Shown piece after piece: positions 35,460 through 45,089 of a stretch of 53,049 nucleotides of DNA. Position 1 is the first letter of the stretch. Each line of letters starts with the position of its first letter. The notes below the pieces were generated by a model. That model had not been told where the DNA came from. It searched no databases and saw only the letters and a program-made list of their open reading frames with translations. The DNA is from a virus. Lineage: Duplodnaviria > Caudoviricetes. Made by a program: the position numbers and the translations under genes. Where the stretch lies: positions 1-53,049 of IMG/VR virus record IMGVR_UViG_3300007972_000001; one strand, given 5' to 3'.

Positions 35460-36014
35460 ATGCCATCCATAAGCTTTGAGGATATTGTAGGGTTAGGCGA
35501 TCCAGCGCCCGCTTGGCGATACTATTGCCAATTCCCAACAATCAACGGCTACTTTATCTCCCCACAAGCTGTCCAGCGTATAGGCCTTCCTCACGCAAGC
35601 GTAGAGGTTAATCCTACCTATATTGCCGCATGGGCAAAGAACTACCCCAAAGACGTAAGCGTTGGTCAACTTACATTCACACTCTTTGAAGACATTATAT
35701 ACTCCGCTATTCAGTATTTTATGGTGTGGAGATCATTGGTCGTCGATGACTCTGGCAATTATGGCATACCTGGTGGCCCTAACGGCTACAAGAAAGACAT
35801 CCGAGTTGACTTGTTAGATTACACTGGAACGTCAGCTCTTTCGCTGACGTACATAGGTTGTTATCCAATGGGTCCAATGGAGTACATGCTAGACAGTGAG
35901 ACCAGCCAAGTCGTCACAACGGCGGTCAATATCAGTGTGGACTCAGTAAAGATCGGTGGTCTAAACACCGACCCAATTCAGAACCCAGTAGCCGACTTTC
36001 TCGGTGGAAGTTGA
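35460..36014 (+). CDS. Second tube-fold protein (tube initiator, gp54/gp48-like)
   Basis: Same N-terminus MPSISFE as the tube; LTFTLFED, W..LV, YKKDI, GCYP, NISVD. Confidence 0.8.
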   Translation: MPSISFEDIVGLGDPAPAWRYYCQFPTINGYFISPQAVQRIGLPHASVEVNPTYIAAWAKNYPKDVSVGQLTFTLFEDIIYSAIQYFMVWRSLVVDDSGNYGIPGGPNGYKKDIRVDLLDYTGTSALSLTYIGCYPMGPMEYMLDSETSQVVTTAVNISVDSVKIGGLNTDPIQNPVADFLGGS

Positions 36015-36026
36015 TAGGAGCAAAGC

Positions 36027-37286
36027 ATGAGCAATAAAGGCGGAATGACCGTCTCGCATCTGAAGGTAGATGAGGTTGAGCGCCTCGGCCTCAAAAAGAT
36101 CGAAAAGAAGACCAAGCCTCTTTCGGGGTTGGCGGCAGAATTTGAAAAGAACAAGAGCAATACTATCCATGGCCCGATGGACCCACCGAAGCCGGAGGAT
36201 ATTCTAACTACTGGCTTCAGCGCTCCCGGCATCGAAATACCCCCGATGCCTCGTCAGCCTGTGCAGCCCAAAGAGCAAGAGAAAGAGTGGTTCAGACCGA
36301 CTGGCCTAGATCGTGGCATTCTGCCTGAACAACCAGAGAAGCCCATCTACCCAAAGACTAACCCAACGCCGGAACCTGAACCGCAGAATGAAATCAGAGA
36401 GCGTGAAACTCTGAGCGGTCGCACAGGTTATGACCGTTGGGAACCGCCGTCGAAGTCTCTGTGGTACAAGACGGACAAGCTAGAGGTTCGTCGTTTCACG
36501 ATTGACGATCTACTAGTTCTCAATCGTGGTCTGCAACACAAGAACCTAACATCCCTGATTGACGGTGTTGGTCGAACGGTGGACTACGACGTTCGTGATC
36601 TAACTATCCCAGATTTCCATCATTTGATGGTTTGGCATCGCATCTACTCATATCTCAAGACGCCCTACACTGTCCGCTGGACCAGTAAGTATGGCAATGA
36701 GAATGAAACCACTATCAAGAACACTCGCTTTATCGTCAAGGAAGTAGGCCTGACGGCTGAAGAAGCTATGGCGTGGAAGCAGCGTGGGTTTGCCCCACCA
36801 CGAGTTCGAGACTGGGAGTTCTTTGAAGAGAAGCTAGATGAGGATACTCGCTTCCTCTTCCTTCGCGCTCAGTATATCGATCTAGATGTGGTCAGTGATC
36901 GTATTGACGAGCTGCGTCGCCAGCGTGATCCAATGCCTACAGTTCGCGCTCGTATTGAGTACTTACGACAGGGTGGCACCGAACTGCTTGAAGACATTCG
37001 TGAGTTCAAGCAGGCTCTTGGTGAGTATGGTGTCACTGAGAAAATCAAGGTGGCAGATCGCTTCTTTGATCCTCAGAAATGGGTCGAAAAACTAGAGAAG
37101 AACATTGAGGAAATCAAGAACATCCAGCGCCTCAGTTCTGATTTGGACTTCTCTGAAGAAATGAATCTCCTATCTCTTGAGCTACGATCTATGAGCGAGC
37201 GAATAGAGCAAGGTGATATCATTACTCCTGACGAAGAGGAGGTCGCACTGACGTTTTCAGTTTTCAACTTGTTTCCCGGTATATGA
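36027..37286 (+). CDS. Tail/baseplate assembly chaperone (gp26-like)
   Basis: PPSKSLWY, VRRFTIDD, DLTIPDF..LM..HRIYSY motifs; position between the tube genes and the tape-measure-like genes. Confidence 0.6.
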   Translation: MSNKGGMTVSHLKVDEVERLGLKKIEKKTKPLSGLAAEFEKNKSNTIHGPMDPPKPEDILTTGFSAPGIEIPPMPRQPVQPKEQEKEWFRPTGLDRGILPEQPEKPIYPKTNPTPEPEPQNEIRERETLSGRTGYDRWEPPSKSLWYKTDKLEVRRFTIDDLLVLNRGLQHKNLTSLIDGVGRTVDYDVRDLTIPDFHHLMVWHRIYSYLKTPYTVRWTSKYGNENETTIKNTRFIVKEVGLTAEEAMAWKQRGFAPPRVRDWEFFEEKLDEDTRFLFLRAQYIDLDVVSDRIDELRRQRDPMPTVRARIEYLRQGGTELLEDIREFKQALGEYGVTEKIKVADRFFDPQKWVEKLEKNIEEIKNIQRLSSDLDFSEEMNLLSLELRSMSERIEQGDIITPDEEEVALTFSVFNLFPGI

Positions 37287-37446
37287 TGAAGAATCTCTAA
37301 ACAAGCGCGTCTACAACCTGGCAATTTACACCAGCTTGCCGATTGATATGGATCACTCACCAGCCGTTCGGATACTTTATTGGTCTACTCAGCTGGAGAA
37401 TGATAGAATCAAGCGCAAGTTGGATAACGCGGCCAGAGGGGGATGA
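37276..37446 (+). other. Start-less +1-frame ORF, candidate frameshift extension of the chaperone
   Basis: Open from 37252 to TGA at 37444-37446 (PVYDEESLNKRVYNLAIY...DNAARGG); no start codon in its 5' part; overlaps TTT CCC G at 37272-37278. Confidence 0.55.
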
Positions 37447-37449
37447 TAT

Positions 37450-40065
37450 ATGTCCAGCAGTTCTGTCGAATTTGGCACAACCTTCTTCGCGCGAGCGGAC
37501 TTTCAGGTTGAAGCCAAGAAGCAGGATAGGTATGCAACTGATATCTATTCAGGGGTCAGCGAAACGTCTTCACTGACTGGCAGACTGCTGGGCATTGTCA
37601 CTCATGGACAAAAGAAGTGGCGCAATAGAGTCATTGGCTTGGAGATGCTCTTAGTCAAGCGTCTTCACGATATTGAGAAGGCTGTCCTAGAGACGAGCAG
37701 GAGCCAATCGAATAACGGCGGCGGAGGTTTAGCAGGTATATTCGGCCAAGGCCTCTATGACATGTTGGACTCTATTCGTGAGCTCCGAAAGAAGTGGATG
37801 GGTAAGAGCGGCGTTGTTCCTGAAGAAATGATTGAGAGAAGCCCCAAGAAAGGTAGCGTGTTCTCTCGGATCAGGTCAGGTGTTAACAAGCGTCTTGGTG
37901 GTGTAGCAAAGGCAGCTAAAAGGCTTGGATCTGTAGTAGAAGCCCCACTAGCTAAGAAAGTTTTAGGTGCTATACCAAAAGGATTGTTGTCCAAAGGGCT
38001 CGGTCATATAATCCCAATGATGGGTGCATACGACCTGTTCCAAACAGTTAATGATATGCCCAAGATGATCAACAATCCAAACGTTGGTCCATCTATGTCA
38101 GAACAATTTAACGATTGGGGTGAAAAGAACCTTCCCTCGTTCATGACCTCTAAGGGGCATGAGCAATTCGCTAATTGGACTAGCGATATTGGAAAATCCG
38201 TTGAGAGCGTGTTTACCAAGGCACTTGATAGCACCTGGAAAGAAGTCAAGGCTTGGGGTCAAAACGTTTCGGACAAGACACAAGGCTTTGCACAAGACGC
38301 TGCCCTAAAGCTGCGCAAATCTGGCAAGGATATAAGCGACAGTACCCTTGATATAAAGGACAAGCTGGTAGGTGCAGTGCAGAGCGGTTTCACTTGGGTA
38401 ACGGATAATTTCGAGGCTATTAAAATGAAGATGGCTTCAGCATTGGAGCTGATGCTTGACCCTACTAGTCTTCAAGACCTTAGCACTTGGCTGAAGGAAT
38501 CGTTGCACCGATTAGCTGGCAAAATGCTAGGCGCGCTCGGGCTTGGTGGAAAACCTGGAACTAACACTCCTGGTTCTACTGGCGGTGCGACCACCCCATC
38601 GCAGAGCGGTTCGTGGTGGAGCGGAAACGGCACTCAGACTGCCAAGCAGGGAAGTTGGTGGAGTGGTGGCACAAATTCTTCTACGCCGGGGGCAACTAGC
38701 GGTAGCTACCCTATCCCTGCAGATGAGAAGGCTTTAGCTGACCACATCAAGCAGATTGCACCAAATCTGACAAATGAGCAGTGCGTGGAGCTAGCGAAAA
38801 AGTCGGTTGGGGCAGAAGGCAGTGTCTCATCGTGGCGTCGAGGTGATGATGTCATGAGCGGCAACATGAAGATTGGCACCCCTATCGCTACCTTTATGGA
38901 TCGTAGAGGAAAGCAGTCTGACAAGTACGATGGTGGAGAGGGTGTAGGTGCTCCTGGAAACAACACCACACATGCTGCCGTCTTTGCTGGCTACCAGCGA
39001 GATGAGAACGGTGGAATAACTGGTATTAAGGTGTGGGAACAGTATAAAGGCAGTGGTGGCCCTTACACGCACGTTTATGCTGTTGGTGACAAGCGCGGTG
39101 GAGAAAAATCTGCTGAGAACTACGCGGCCATCAAAGATGAGCAAGGGAACTACCTTGGCGGCAAGAATAACCCAATGACGCCGCGCGAAGAGGGAAAAGG
39201 TGGAGCCTCGGGCGGTGCAGGTGCGAGCAGCCCCTTTGACACCAAAAGCAGCTTCAGCGCAGACGATATCAAGGATATATCGTCGGAGGGTAATCCAGCT
39301 TGGTCGAGATTTGGTCAGATGGATAAGCCAGAAGGTCTGATCTTCCACCACACTGGCTCGCGCGGCGGACCCGAGAGCGTGATGGACACGTTCAAGCAGC
39401 GAAATTTCCCCGCTCAGTTCATCATGGACAGAGACGGCCAAGTGTATCGCGCTCTCCCAGATGGTATGCGGGGACAGCACATCAGACCCTCAGAGATCAA
39501 TGGGTTGAACAATAGCAATGCCTTAGGTGTAGAGGTCATCGCCAATGATGACAAGGATATTACGCCACAGCAGGTTGAAGCCAGCAAAAAGTTCTCCACG
39601 TGGGCATCGAAGAACTATGGCTTTAGTATGGACAATGTTTTCGGCCACGGTGAGATAAATCATCACAAGCAGGCCACAGAAGGTCACACTATTGTCGATG
39701 CCATCCGTCACGATCAAGGGCTTAGCTCAGAGCCGAAAGTTGGTCAGCCTTCCTTTATACCAAAGGAAGATAGGACGCTCTCTACCTTTATGGGTAGAGA
39801 CCCAAGTGTTCGAGCCATTGTTTCGCCAAAGGTTGACACGGCTCCTGCAATGGAAGATGCTCCTGCTATGCTAGACAAGCCTAGTTCGTCTGCAACACCA
39901 GCTACAACTCCCTCTGGTACTGGTAGTTCTGGATCAGTCACTACAGCGCCGACTAATTCAGACAGCAGTGGATCATCTGGCTCTGCTCCTAGCAACAAAG
40001 ACAGCGCAATGATCTATCGAGATGGATCAGGTATGAGAATATTCAATCCCTCAGAGTTTTCGTGA
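37450..40065 (+). CDS. Tape-measure-like tail protein with CHAP/Tae-type endopeptidase and Amidase_2 domains
   Basis: QCVELAK..WRRG..GTPIATF..HAAVF..VWEQY (BPSL0067/Tae-like Cys-His); LIFHHTG, QFIMDRDG, GVEV, VFGHGEI (zinc amidase); Trp-spaced helical repeats. Confidence 0.75.
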   Translation: MSSSSVEFGTTFFARADFQVEAKKQDRYATDIYSGVSETSSLTGRLLGIVTHGQKKWRNRVIGLEMLLVKRLHDIEKAVLETSRSQSNNGGGGLAGIFGQGLYDMLDSIRELRKKWMGKSGVVPEEMIERSPKKGSVFSRIRSGVNKRLGGVAKAAKRLGSVVEAPLAKKVLGAIPKGLLSKGLGHIIPMMGAYDLFQTVNDMPKMINNPNVGPSMSEQFNDWGEKNLPSFMTSKGHEQFANWTSDIGKSVESVFTKALDSTWKEVKAWGQNVSDKTQGFAQDAALKLRKSGKDISDSTLDIKDKLVGAVQSGFTWVTDNFEAIKMKMASALELMLDPTSLQDLSTWLKESLHRLAGKMLGALGLGGKPGTNTPGSTGGATTPSQSGSWWSGNGTQTAKQGSWWSGGTNSSTPGATSGSYPIPADEKALADHIKQIAPNLTNEQCVELAKKSVGAEGSVSSWRRGDDVMSGNMKIGTPIATFMDRRGKQSDKYDGGEGVGAPGNNTTHAAVFAGYQRDENGGITGIKVWEQYKGSGGPYTHVYAVGDKRGGEKSAENYAAIKDEQGNYLGGKNNPMTPREEGKGGASGGAGASSPFDTKSSFSADDIKDISSEGNPAWSRFGQMDKPEGLIFHHTGSRGGPESVMDTFKQRNFPAQFIMDRDGQVYRALPDGMRGQHIRPSEINGLNNSNALGVEVIANDDKDITPQQVEASKKFSTWASKNYGFSMDNVFGHGEINHHKQATEGHTIVDAIRHDQGLSSEPKVGQPSFIPKEDRTLSTFMGRDPSVRAIVSPKVDTAPAMEDAPAMLDKPSSSATPATTPSGTGSSGSVTTAPTNSDSSGSSGSAPSNKDSAMIYRDGSGMRIFNPSEFS

Positions 40066-40072
40066 GGCGATC

Positions 40073-42331
40073 ATGGCAGATAAGAAACCGCCTTCTGGTG
40101 GCAGCAACTCCTTTGTAGGTTCATTCCAAAATCGCATCTCTACCCTAAACAAGGTTGCTCAGGACGAGTTCGCCCTTGGGACGAGCGGTGTTGGCGGTCG
40201 TTCTCCTTTCCAGCAGTCTGGCCTTATTGCAGATGCTAGGAGTAGAGAGTCTAGACTGTTAGACCTATTCAAGAAGGCCTCCTCAAGCGCCTTCAAGGGA
40301 GCCAGTGGCGCACTCAAGGCTTCCTCTGAAAAGATCAGCACTGTTGCTACCAGCGTTAAGCAATCCGTTGACTACTATGTCCGAGCCGAAAACACATCAG
40401 ACAAGACCTTCAACCGTCTCAACCGAGCGTTAGTCAAACAGCTTGATAGTCTGGAGAAAGCTGTTAGAGGGCAAGCACGAGGTGGTGGTAGTTTTCTAGA
40501 TAGATTCCGTCCTGGTCCTGGCAATAAGAGAAGCTTCGCAAATCGGGCTATGTGGGGTCTTGGTGGTGCGTTACTAGCAGAACCTTTCACCGGTAACGAC
40601 AAGTCTGCGGGTAGCGACTACGCGGCTAGCAGTCTACAAGGTGGTGCCCTTGGTGGAATATTTGGTTGGAAAGGTGGGCTTGTCGGCGCAGGCTTAGGTG
40701 CAGGTTATGCTGCCTATCGCCGCAACAAGCACTCTATCGGAAAAACCTTTGATTGGCTCAAAGATAAATGGTCTGGTTTAACTGGCTCAGTCAAGGCTGG
40801 GTTTAACAGTGCTAGAGATGTCTACCAAGACATTAAAGAAGGGGCATCTTCTATTTGGGGGAAAGCTGGCGACGCCATGACTTCTTTTGGAGATAACCTA
40901 AAGAAGGGTATGGACAACTTGTCGGAGTACAGCTCCGACTTGAAAAAGAAGGTGACTGACAGCCTTGATTCTTTCTCCAGTGACTCTTTGGTCAAGTCTA
41001 CCCAAGGCGTTGTCACTTGGTTGATCGAGAGTTTGACCAAACGCGTTAAGGACGCCTTTAATTCTCTCTTGCAGGCTTTCGGCCTCGGTGGATCAGGCAG
41101 TGGTTCTGGAAGTGAAGGTGGATCAGGCGGAGGCGGTCTTCCCGGTGGAGCCGACTCTGCTGGTAGAGCTGGCCAAGGCTTAGGAAAAGATGTTGCGGGA
41201 GCTATGCTTGACAGTGCCAGAGCCAAGATAGGTTCTGACGCTACAGGTATTGACAGCATCGACCTTAAAATGGGTAAGATGACCGATGAGGAAAGAAAGG
41301 CCTACAAAGGTTCTGAGGAGTTTCAACATGACAAGCGGCAAGACGCTTGGCAGAATGGCAAAGCCTTTGATGACCCCTCTAGACTGAAGTGGGGTGAAGA
41401 AAAGGTTGATGCTACTCCTCATACACAGGTCGAAAAAGGGGCGTTCGTTCGTGAAAAGATCCAAAGTCAGTTAGAGACTGAGGGTGCCAAGAACGGTCTA
41501 ACGTTTGATAACCCAAGAGCTGTTGCAGCGGCCTTTGCCGGTCAAGCCCAGCAAGAGAGTAAATATAACCCAGATACGGTCCATGATAATGGGACCGGGT
41601 ATGGCATGTTTGGCCATAGACTAGACAGGAAAGATGCTCTTCTAAGCTGGCTAGATAAACAAGGTTTTGCAAAGAACAGCATGGAGGGTCAGTCTCGGTT
41701 TACCGCCCATGAGTTCTTGACAAATCCAAAGTATGCCAAGCTTCGGGAGATGGCAAAGCATTTGACGCCTGATCAAATTCCGGAGTTTACACGGGCGGTT
41801 AGAAAGATTTTTGAATCGCCTAATCCAGCACTAGCAAATGATGACAATCGAATTGCAGGTGCGCTCTCATCTTTCAAGAATGAGCCACCTAGAGAGGCTG
41901 CTAAAGGGCACTCTGATCTGCCGCAGGGACAATTGCCCTCAATGTTCGCCAATACTGGCGTTGCTGGTCAAGGTGATACCAAGTCTGCTTTTGCAGGCTT
42001 TGGTGCAGGCATTACACCTGGTACATACGGTATCAATGATGGCGCTGATACAAAATTTGGTGACCGTCAGAACTTTCCGATGATTGGTTCATTCGATGGC
42101 GATGACTCTGTTGGCGATGCTACTGCTAAAGCTGGTGGTGACGTTACCGCAGAAAGTGCTCCGGACGTAAAGAATCCAACAACGGCTGCTTCTGGATCAA
42201 GCGACACGTCAACACCTTCATCTGGCTCTCAGAGTTCTTCATCCTCTGCACCGCCGCCCAGCTTAGATAGCGTTCCTGCTCAGAACAAGGATGCTCGGCT
42301 CTGGCTGCTTAACCATACAGATATTTGTTGA
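40073..42331 (+). CDS. Tape-measure-like tail protein with phage tail lysozyme domain
   Basis: AAAFAGQAQQESKYNP, GYGMFGH, EGQSRF, FESP; glycine-zipper segment and Trp-spaced helical repeats. Confidence 0.75.
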   Translation: MADKKPPSGGSNSFVGSFQNRISTLNKVAQDEFALGTSGVGGRSPFQQSGLIADARSRESRLLDLFKKASSSAFKGASGALKASSEKISTVATSVKQSVDYYVRAENTSDKTFNRLNRALVKQLDSLEKAVRGQARGGGSFLDRFRPGPGNKRSFANRAMWGLGGALLAEPFTGNDKSAGSDYAASSLQGGALGGIFGWKGGLVGAGLGAGYAAYRRNKHSIGKTFDWLKDKWSGLTGSVKAGFNSARDVYQDIKEGASSIWGKAGDAMTSFGDNLKKGMDNLSEYSSDLKKKVTDSLDSFSSDSLVKSTQGVVTWLIESLTKRVKDAFNSLLQAFGLGGSGSGSGSEGGSGGGGLPGGADSAGRAGQGLGKDVAGAMLDSARAKIGSDATGIDSIDLKMGKMTDEERKAYKGSEEFQHDKRQDAWQNGKAFDDPSRLKWGEEKVDATPHTQVEKGAFVREKIQSQLETEGAKNGLTFDNPRAVAAAFAGQAQQESKYNPDTVHDNGTGYGMFGHRLDRKDALLSWLDKQGFAKNSMEGQSRFTAHEFLTNPKYAKLREMAKHLTPDQIPEFTRAVRKIFESPNPALANDDNRIAGALSSFKNEPPREAAKGHSDLPQGQLPSMFANTGVAGQGDTKSAFAGFGAGITPGTYGINDGADTKFGDRQNFPMIGSFDGDDSVGDATAKAGGDVTAESAPDVKNPTTAASGSSDTSTPSSGSQSSSSSAPPPSLDSVPAQNKDARLWLLNHTDIC

Positions 42332-42344
42332 TCGGAGAATAGAC

Positions 42345-43169
42345 ATGTCAACAGATGGAAACACTCTTGGCGATTTAGCAGCTTCTGGTATTGGTTCCAT
42401 TTACAATAAAGCTAGTGAGTTGGGTACTGGTCTAGTTGATGCTACAAATAAGTGGGCTGGAAAGACATTCCCTGATTGGAACACCGATACGGGTTCTCAA
42501 GACGTTTCATCTACAGAAAGCACCAAAAATATAAACTACGTCATGAGGTTGTACGACATCAACAATAGCAGTCTAAGCATCATGGCAAATGTTCCAAGAA
42601 GCTTTGATTTTCAGCTCCAAAACTCTTGGACAGACGTGTTAAGCGTTATCAGAGATGTTGCAGGTAGTACAGGGTTTGGTGGAAGTGAAGTGGCAGCCTT
42701 AAAAGGCGTACAGGCCTTCTCTGGAACAGTCCTATTGCCGCAATTCCTAACTCTACAGTGCTGGCAAGGTACGTCTCCGCTGGAGTTTCAGTTACCGATG
42801 GTGTTCAACGCTGTCAATGACCCCTTAGTAGACGTTGTTGCACCCATTAAAAAACTGATCATGATGGCTTCTCCTAACAGAGTAGGCGTTGCTCTTCATG
42901 CTCCTGGACCAACTCTGTCAGAATTGATAGATAGCAAGGGAGCTTTCAAAGGGTTAAAGCGTCTTTTGAACCTACGCATCGGCAAGAACATCAACATTCA
43001 AGGGCTGATCATCAACAGTCTACGTGTCGAGTGGGAGAACCGCTATACGTCAGATGGCTATCCAATCGCCGCTATTGCTGAGGTTGGCCTCAAGACGTAT
43101 TGGACGTATGCTCAGAATGATTACGTAAACATGTTCTTTCCAAACGTCAATGTCCAACCAAGCTCTTGA
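42345..43169 (+). CDS. Baseplate tube-fold protein
   Basis: WQGTSPLEFQLPM, LRIGK, GYPIAA.AEV pattern; baseplate position. Confidence 0.6.
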   Translation: MSTDGNTLGDLAASGIGSIYNKASELGTGLVDATNKWAGKTFPDWNTDTGSQDVSSTESTKNINYVMRLYDINNSSLSIMANVPRSFDFQLQNSWTDVLSVIRDVAGSTGFGGSEVAALKGVQAFSGTVLLPQFLTLQCWQGTSPLEFQLPMVFNAVNDPLVDVVAPIKKLIMMASPNRVGVALHAPGPTLSELIDSKGAFKGLKRLLNLRIGKNINIQGLIINSLRVEWENRYTSDGYPIAAIAEVGLKTYWTYAQNDYVNMFFPNVNVQPSS

Positions 43170-43181
43170 TTGGAGATAGCC

Positions 43182-43538
43182 ATGTCGGGTTCATCAACAA
43201 ACTATGCGGACAAATATAATAGGACCAACATTTTGGCTACTGTTTATCGAGAGAATGACGGATACGTGCTAGACGCTCTTGACCAAGAGATACTCAACCT
43301 AGTCAACAACATCACAACGTTCACCGAACACACGTTTGTTGACGGCGAGGTATTCACGACTTTGGTATACAATGCCTATGGTAACACCACAATAGCATGG
43401 TTCATTGCCTACTTTAACGGCTTCTACCACCCATTCGATTTGCAGGCTGGTATGATTATTAGGTTTCCAGCCTTATCCGACGTTGACAAGACCCTGATCA
43501 CTCAGTATACACCTGCTAGCTCTTTGATGATAATCTGA
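43182..43538 (+). CDS. Baseplate wedge LysM-like protein (gp53/tail X-like)
   Basis: AYGNTTIAWFIAYFNG..HPFDLQAGMIIRFP. Confidence 0.75.
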   Translation: MSGSSTNYADKYNRTNILATVYRENDGYVLDALDQEILNLVNNITTFTEHTFVDGEVFTTLVYNAYGNTTIAWFIAYFNGFYHPFDLQAGMIIRFPALSDVDKTLITQYTPASSLMII

Positions 43539-43546
43539 GGCTCACA

Positions 43547-45088
43547 ATGTTCCAGTTACAGAATGAGGTAAGGTGCGCCATATCTCTCGCCACTGGCGCA
43601 GGTGACGAAATACCGATTGGTCCTGGTCAAATTAGGCACCTATCTACTTTTGAAAGCAAAGACCAGCACCTTCCATCTTGCAACTTGTCGTTTGAGGACA
43701 TAACGGACACCGTTGCTCGGGCCTTATTGGCAGATGGTACCAAAATCAACGTCATGTTTGCACCAGATCAAGACGGATCGAGGCAGTATACCTTCCGTAT
43801 GTTCGGCACAAGCGGAATATCGAATACGGCTTTGGGTAGACACATTGACGTGACAGGTATTGCTGATGCCCCAAAATACTTTCGCAGCATTCAAACCAAA
43901 GCTATCAAAGGGACCGCAGCCGACGTTGCTAGGCAAATAGCTTCACAAGCAGGTTTCAAAGCAGACGTTGACTCCACCAACGATCAAATGACTTGGCTCC
44001 CATCTAACAAGGTGATGTCTCAATGGCTGAGACACATTGTTGGACACGCTTTTGCCGATGCCCAAAGCCACATGCAGCTTGCTATCACTGACATGGACGG
44101 CAGTGGTCAATGGGCCTTGCGCATGAAAAACATCACCAAAGTAGCTCAAGGTGGACACGCTGCTGTTCTTGCTAGCCTTGGTTTTTCTAATCCAGGTGAA
44201 GTTGCGCTGTATCACCATAAGATCAGCAGTAACAGTGGGTTCAATAACAACACCTATGCCTACGGTTCTGAGGTCAGCCAGCCTCAGATCAATGGTGATC
44301 TAGAGAGCTTTGAGAAAGCCCTAGTAAACTCCGCCTCTCAATTCCTGCAGATAAATTCGCAGATCAAGAACCTCGTAGGTACGTCTTTCCGAGAATGGTT
44401 GCCGCCTTCAGTGGGTAACGTTCACAAAAAGTTTGCCGAAGCTCGTAACCAAAATCGTAGGTTAGCCGCGTCTTTTAGCACAGTGGTAGATTCTCTTCCA
44501 GTTTCGTTCACCAAGTTTGGCATTTTAGACGCCATCCAGTACAACTTGGCGAACCTAGTAGGAGACGGTTTAGACCAAGCCTACAGCGGAAAGTATGTGG
44601 TGACAAGCCGTACTCGCCACTTACAAGGAACCAGATACGTTGAGAGAATCAGCGCGACTTCGCAGGGTACTAACAAAGATGGCTCCGGTGTTCTGATGAG
44701 CGGTATGGATGCTAGCTTAGGTCAAATCGTTGATACTGTTTCGGGTGTATTGAACGGTAGTGGGTTATCTCAAGTAGCAGCCGCCGTTACTCAAATAGCA
44801 GGTACTACTGCTGGTATCACAAAGCTGCTTGCAAATAAAGGTGGTTCTCCAACCACTATAACAACAGGCTTCATTATGGACATGATCGACACTGCTGTAC
44901 CAGGTGCTAGCGTGGCCGTCAATCAGTCTACCGTTAGGTCTATTAACAAAGACTTGCAGGCAGGTAAACCCTTATCAGCAGCCTCTATTAGTGCGCTTGC
45001 CTCTGACCTAACGGCGGATGGTGTCTTTCTGACAATCGGCCCAATAGTCAAACAGATCGTGACTCAACTCAATTCCAAGGTAAGATAA
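43547..45088 (+). CDS. Baseplate hub protein (gp27/gpD-like)
   Basis: LPSCNLSFED, YSGKYVVTS motifs; position before the spike. Confidence 0.65.
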   Translation: MFQLQNEVRCAISLATGAGDEIPIGPGQIRHLSTFESKDQHLPSCNLSFEDITDTVARALLADGTKINVMFAPDQDGSRQYTFRMFGTSGISNTALGRHIDVTGIADAPKYFRSIQTKAIKGTAADVARQIASQAGFKADVDSTNDQMTWLPSNKVMSQWLRHIVGHAFADAQSHMQLAITDMDGSGQWALRMKNITKVAQGGHAAVLASLGFSNPGEVALYHHKISSNSGFNNNTYAYGSEVSQPQINGDLESFEKALVNSASQFLQINSQIKNLVGTSFREWLPPSVGNVHKKFAEARNQNRRLAASFSTVVDSLPVSFTKFGILDAIQYNLANLVGDGLDQAYSGKYVVTSRTRHLQGTRYVERISATSQGTNKDGSGVLMSGMDASLGQIVDTVSGVLNGSGLSQVAAAVTQIAGTTAGITKLLANKGGSPTTITTGFIMDMIDTAVPGASVAVNQSTVRSINKDLQAGKPLSAASISALASDLTADGVFLTIGPIVKQIVTQLNSKVR

Positions 45089-45089
45089 A

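Noticed and set aside
37432-37446. Frameshift extension ends in ARGG, like a ubiquitin C-terminus
   Set aside because: These codons are the G-rich RBS of the next gene and the peptide looks helical rather than beta-grasp; probably coincidental.
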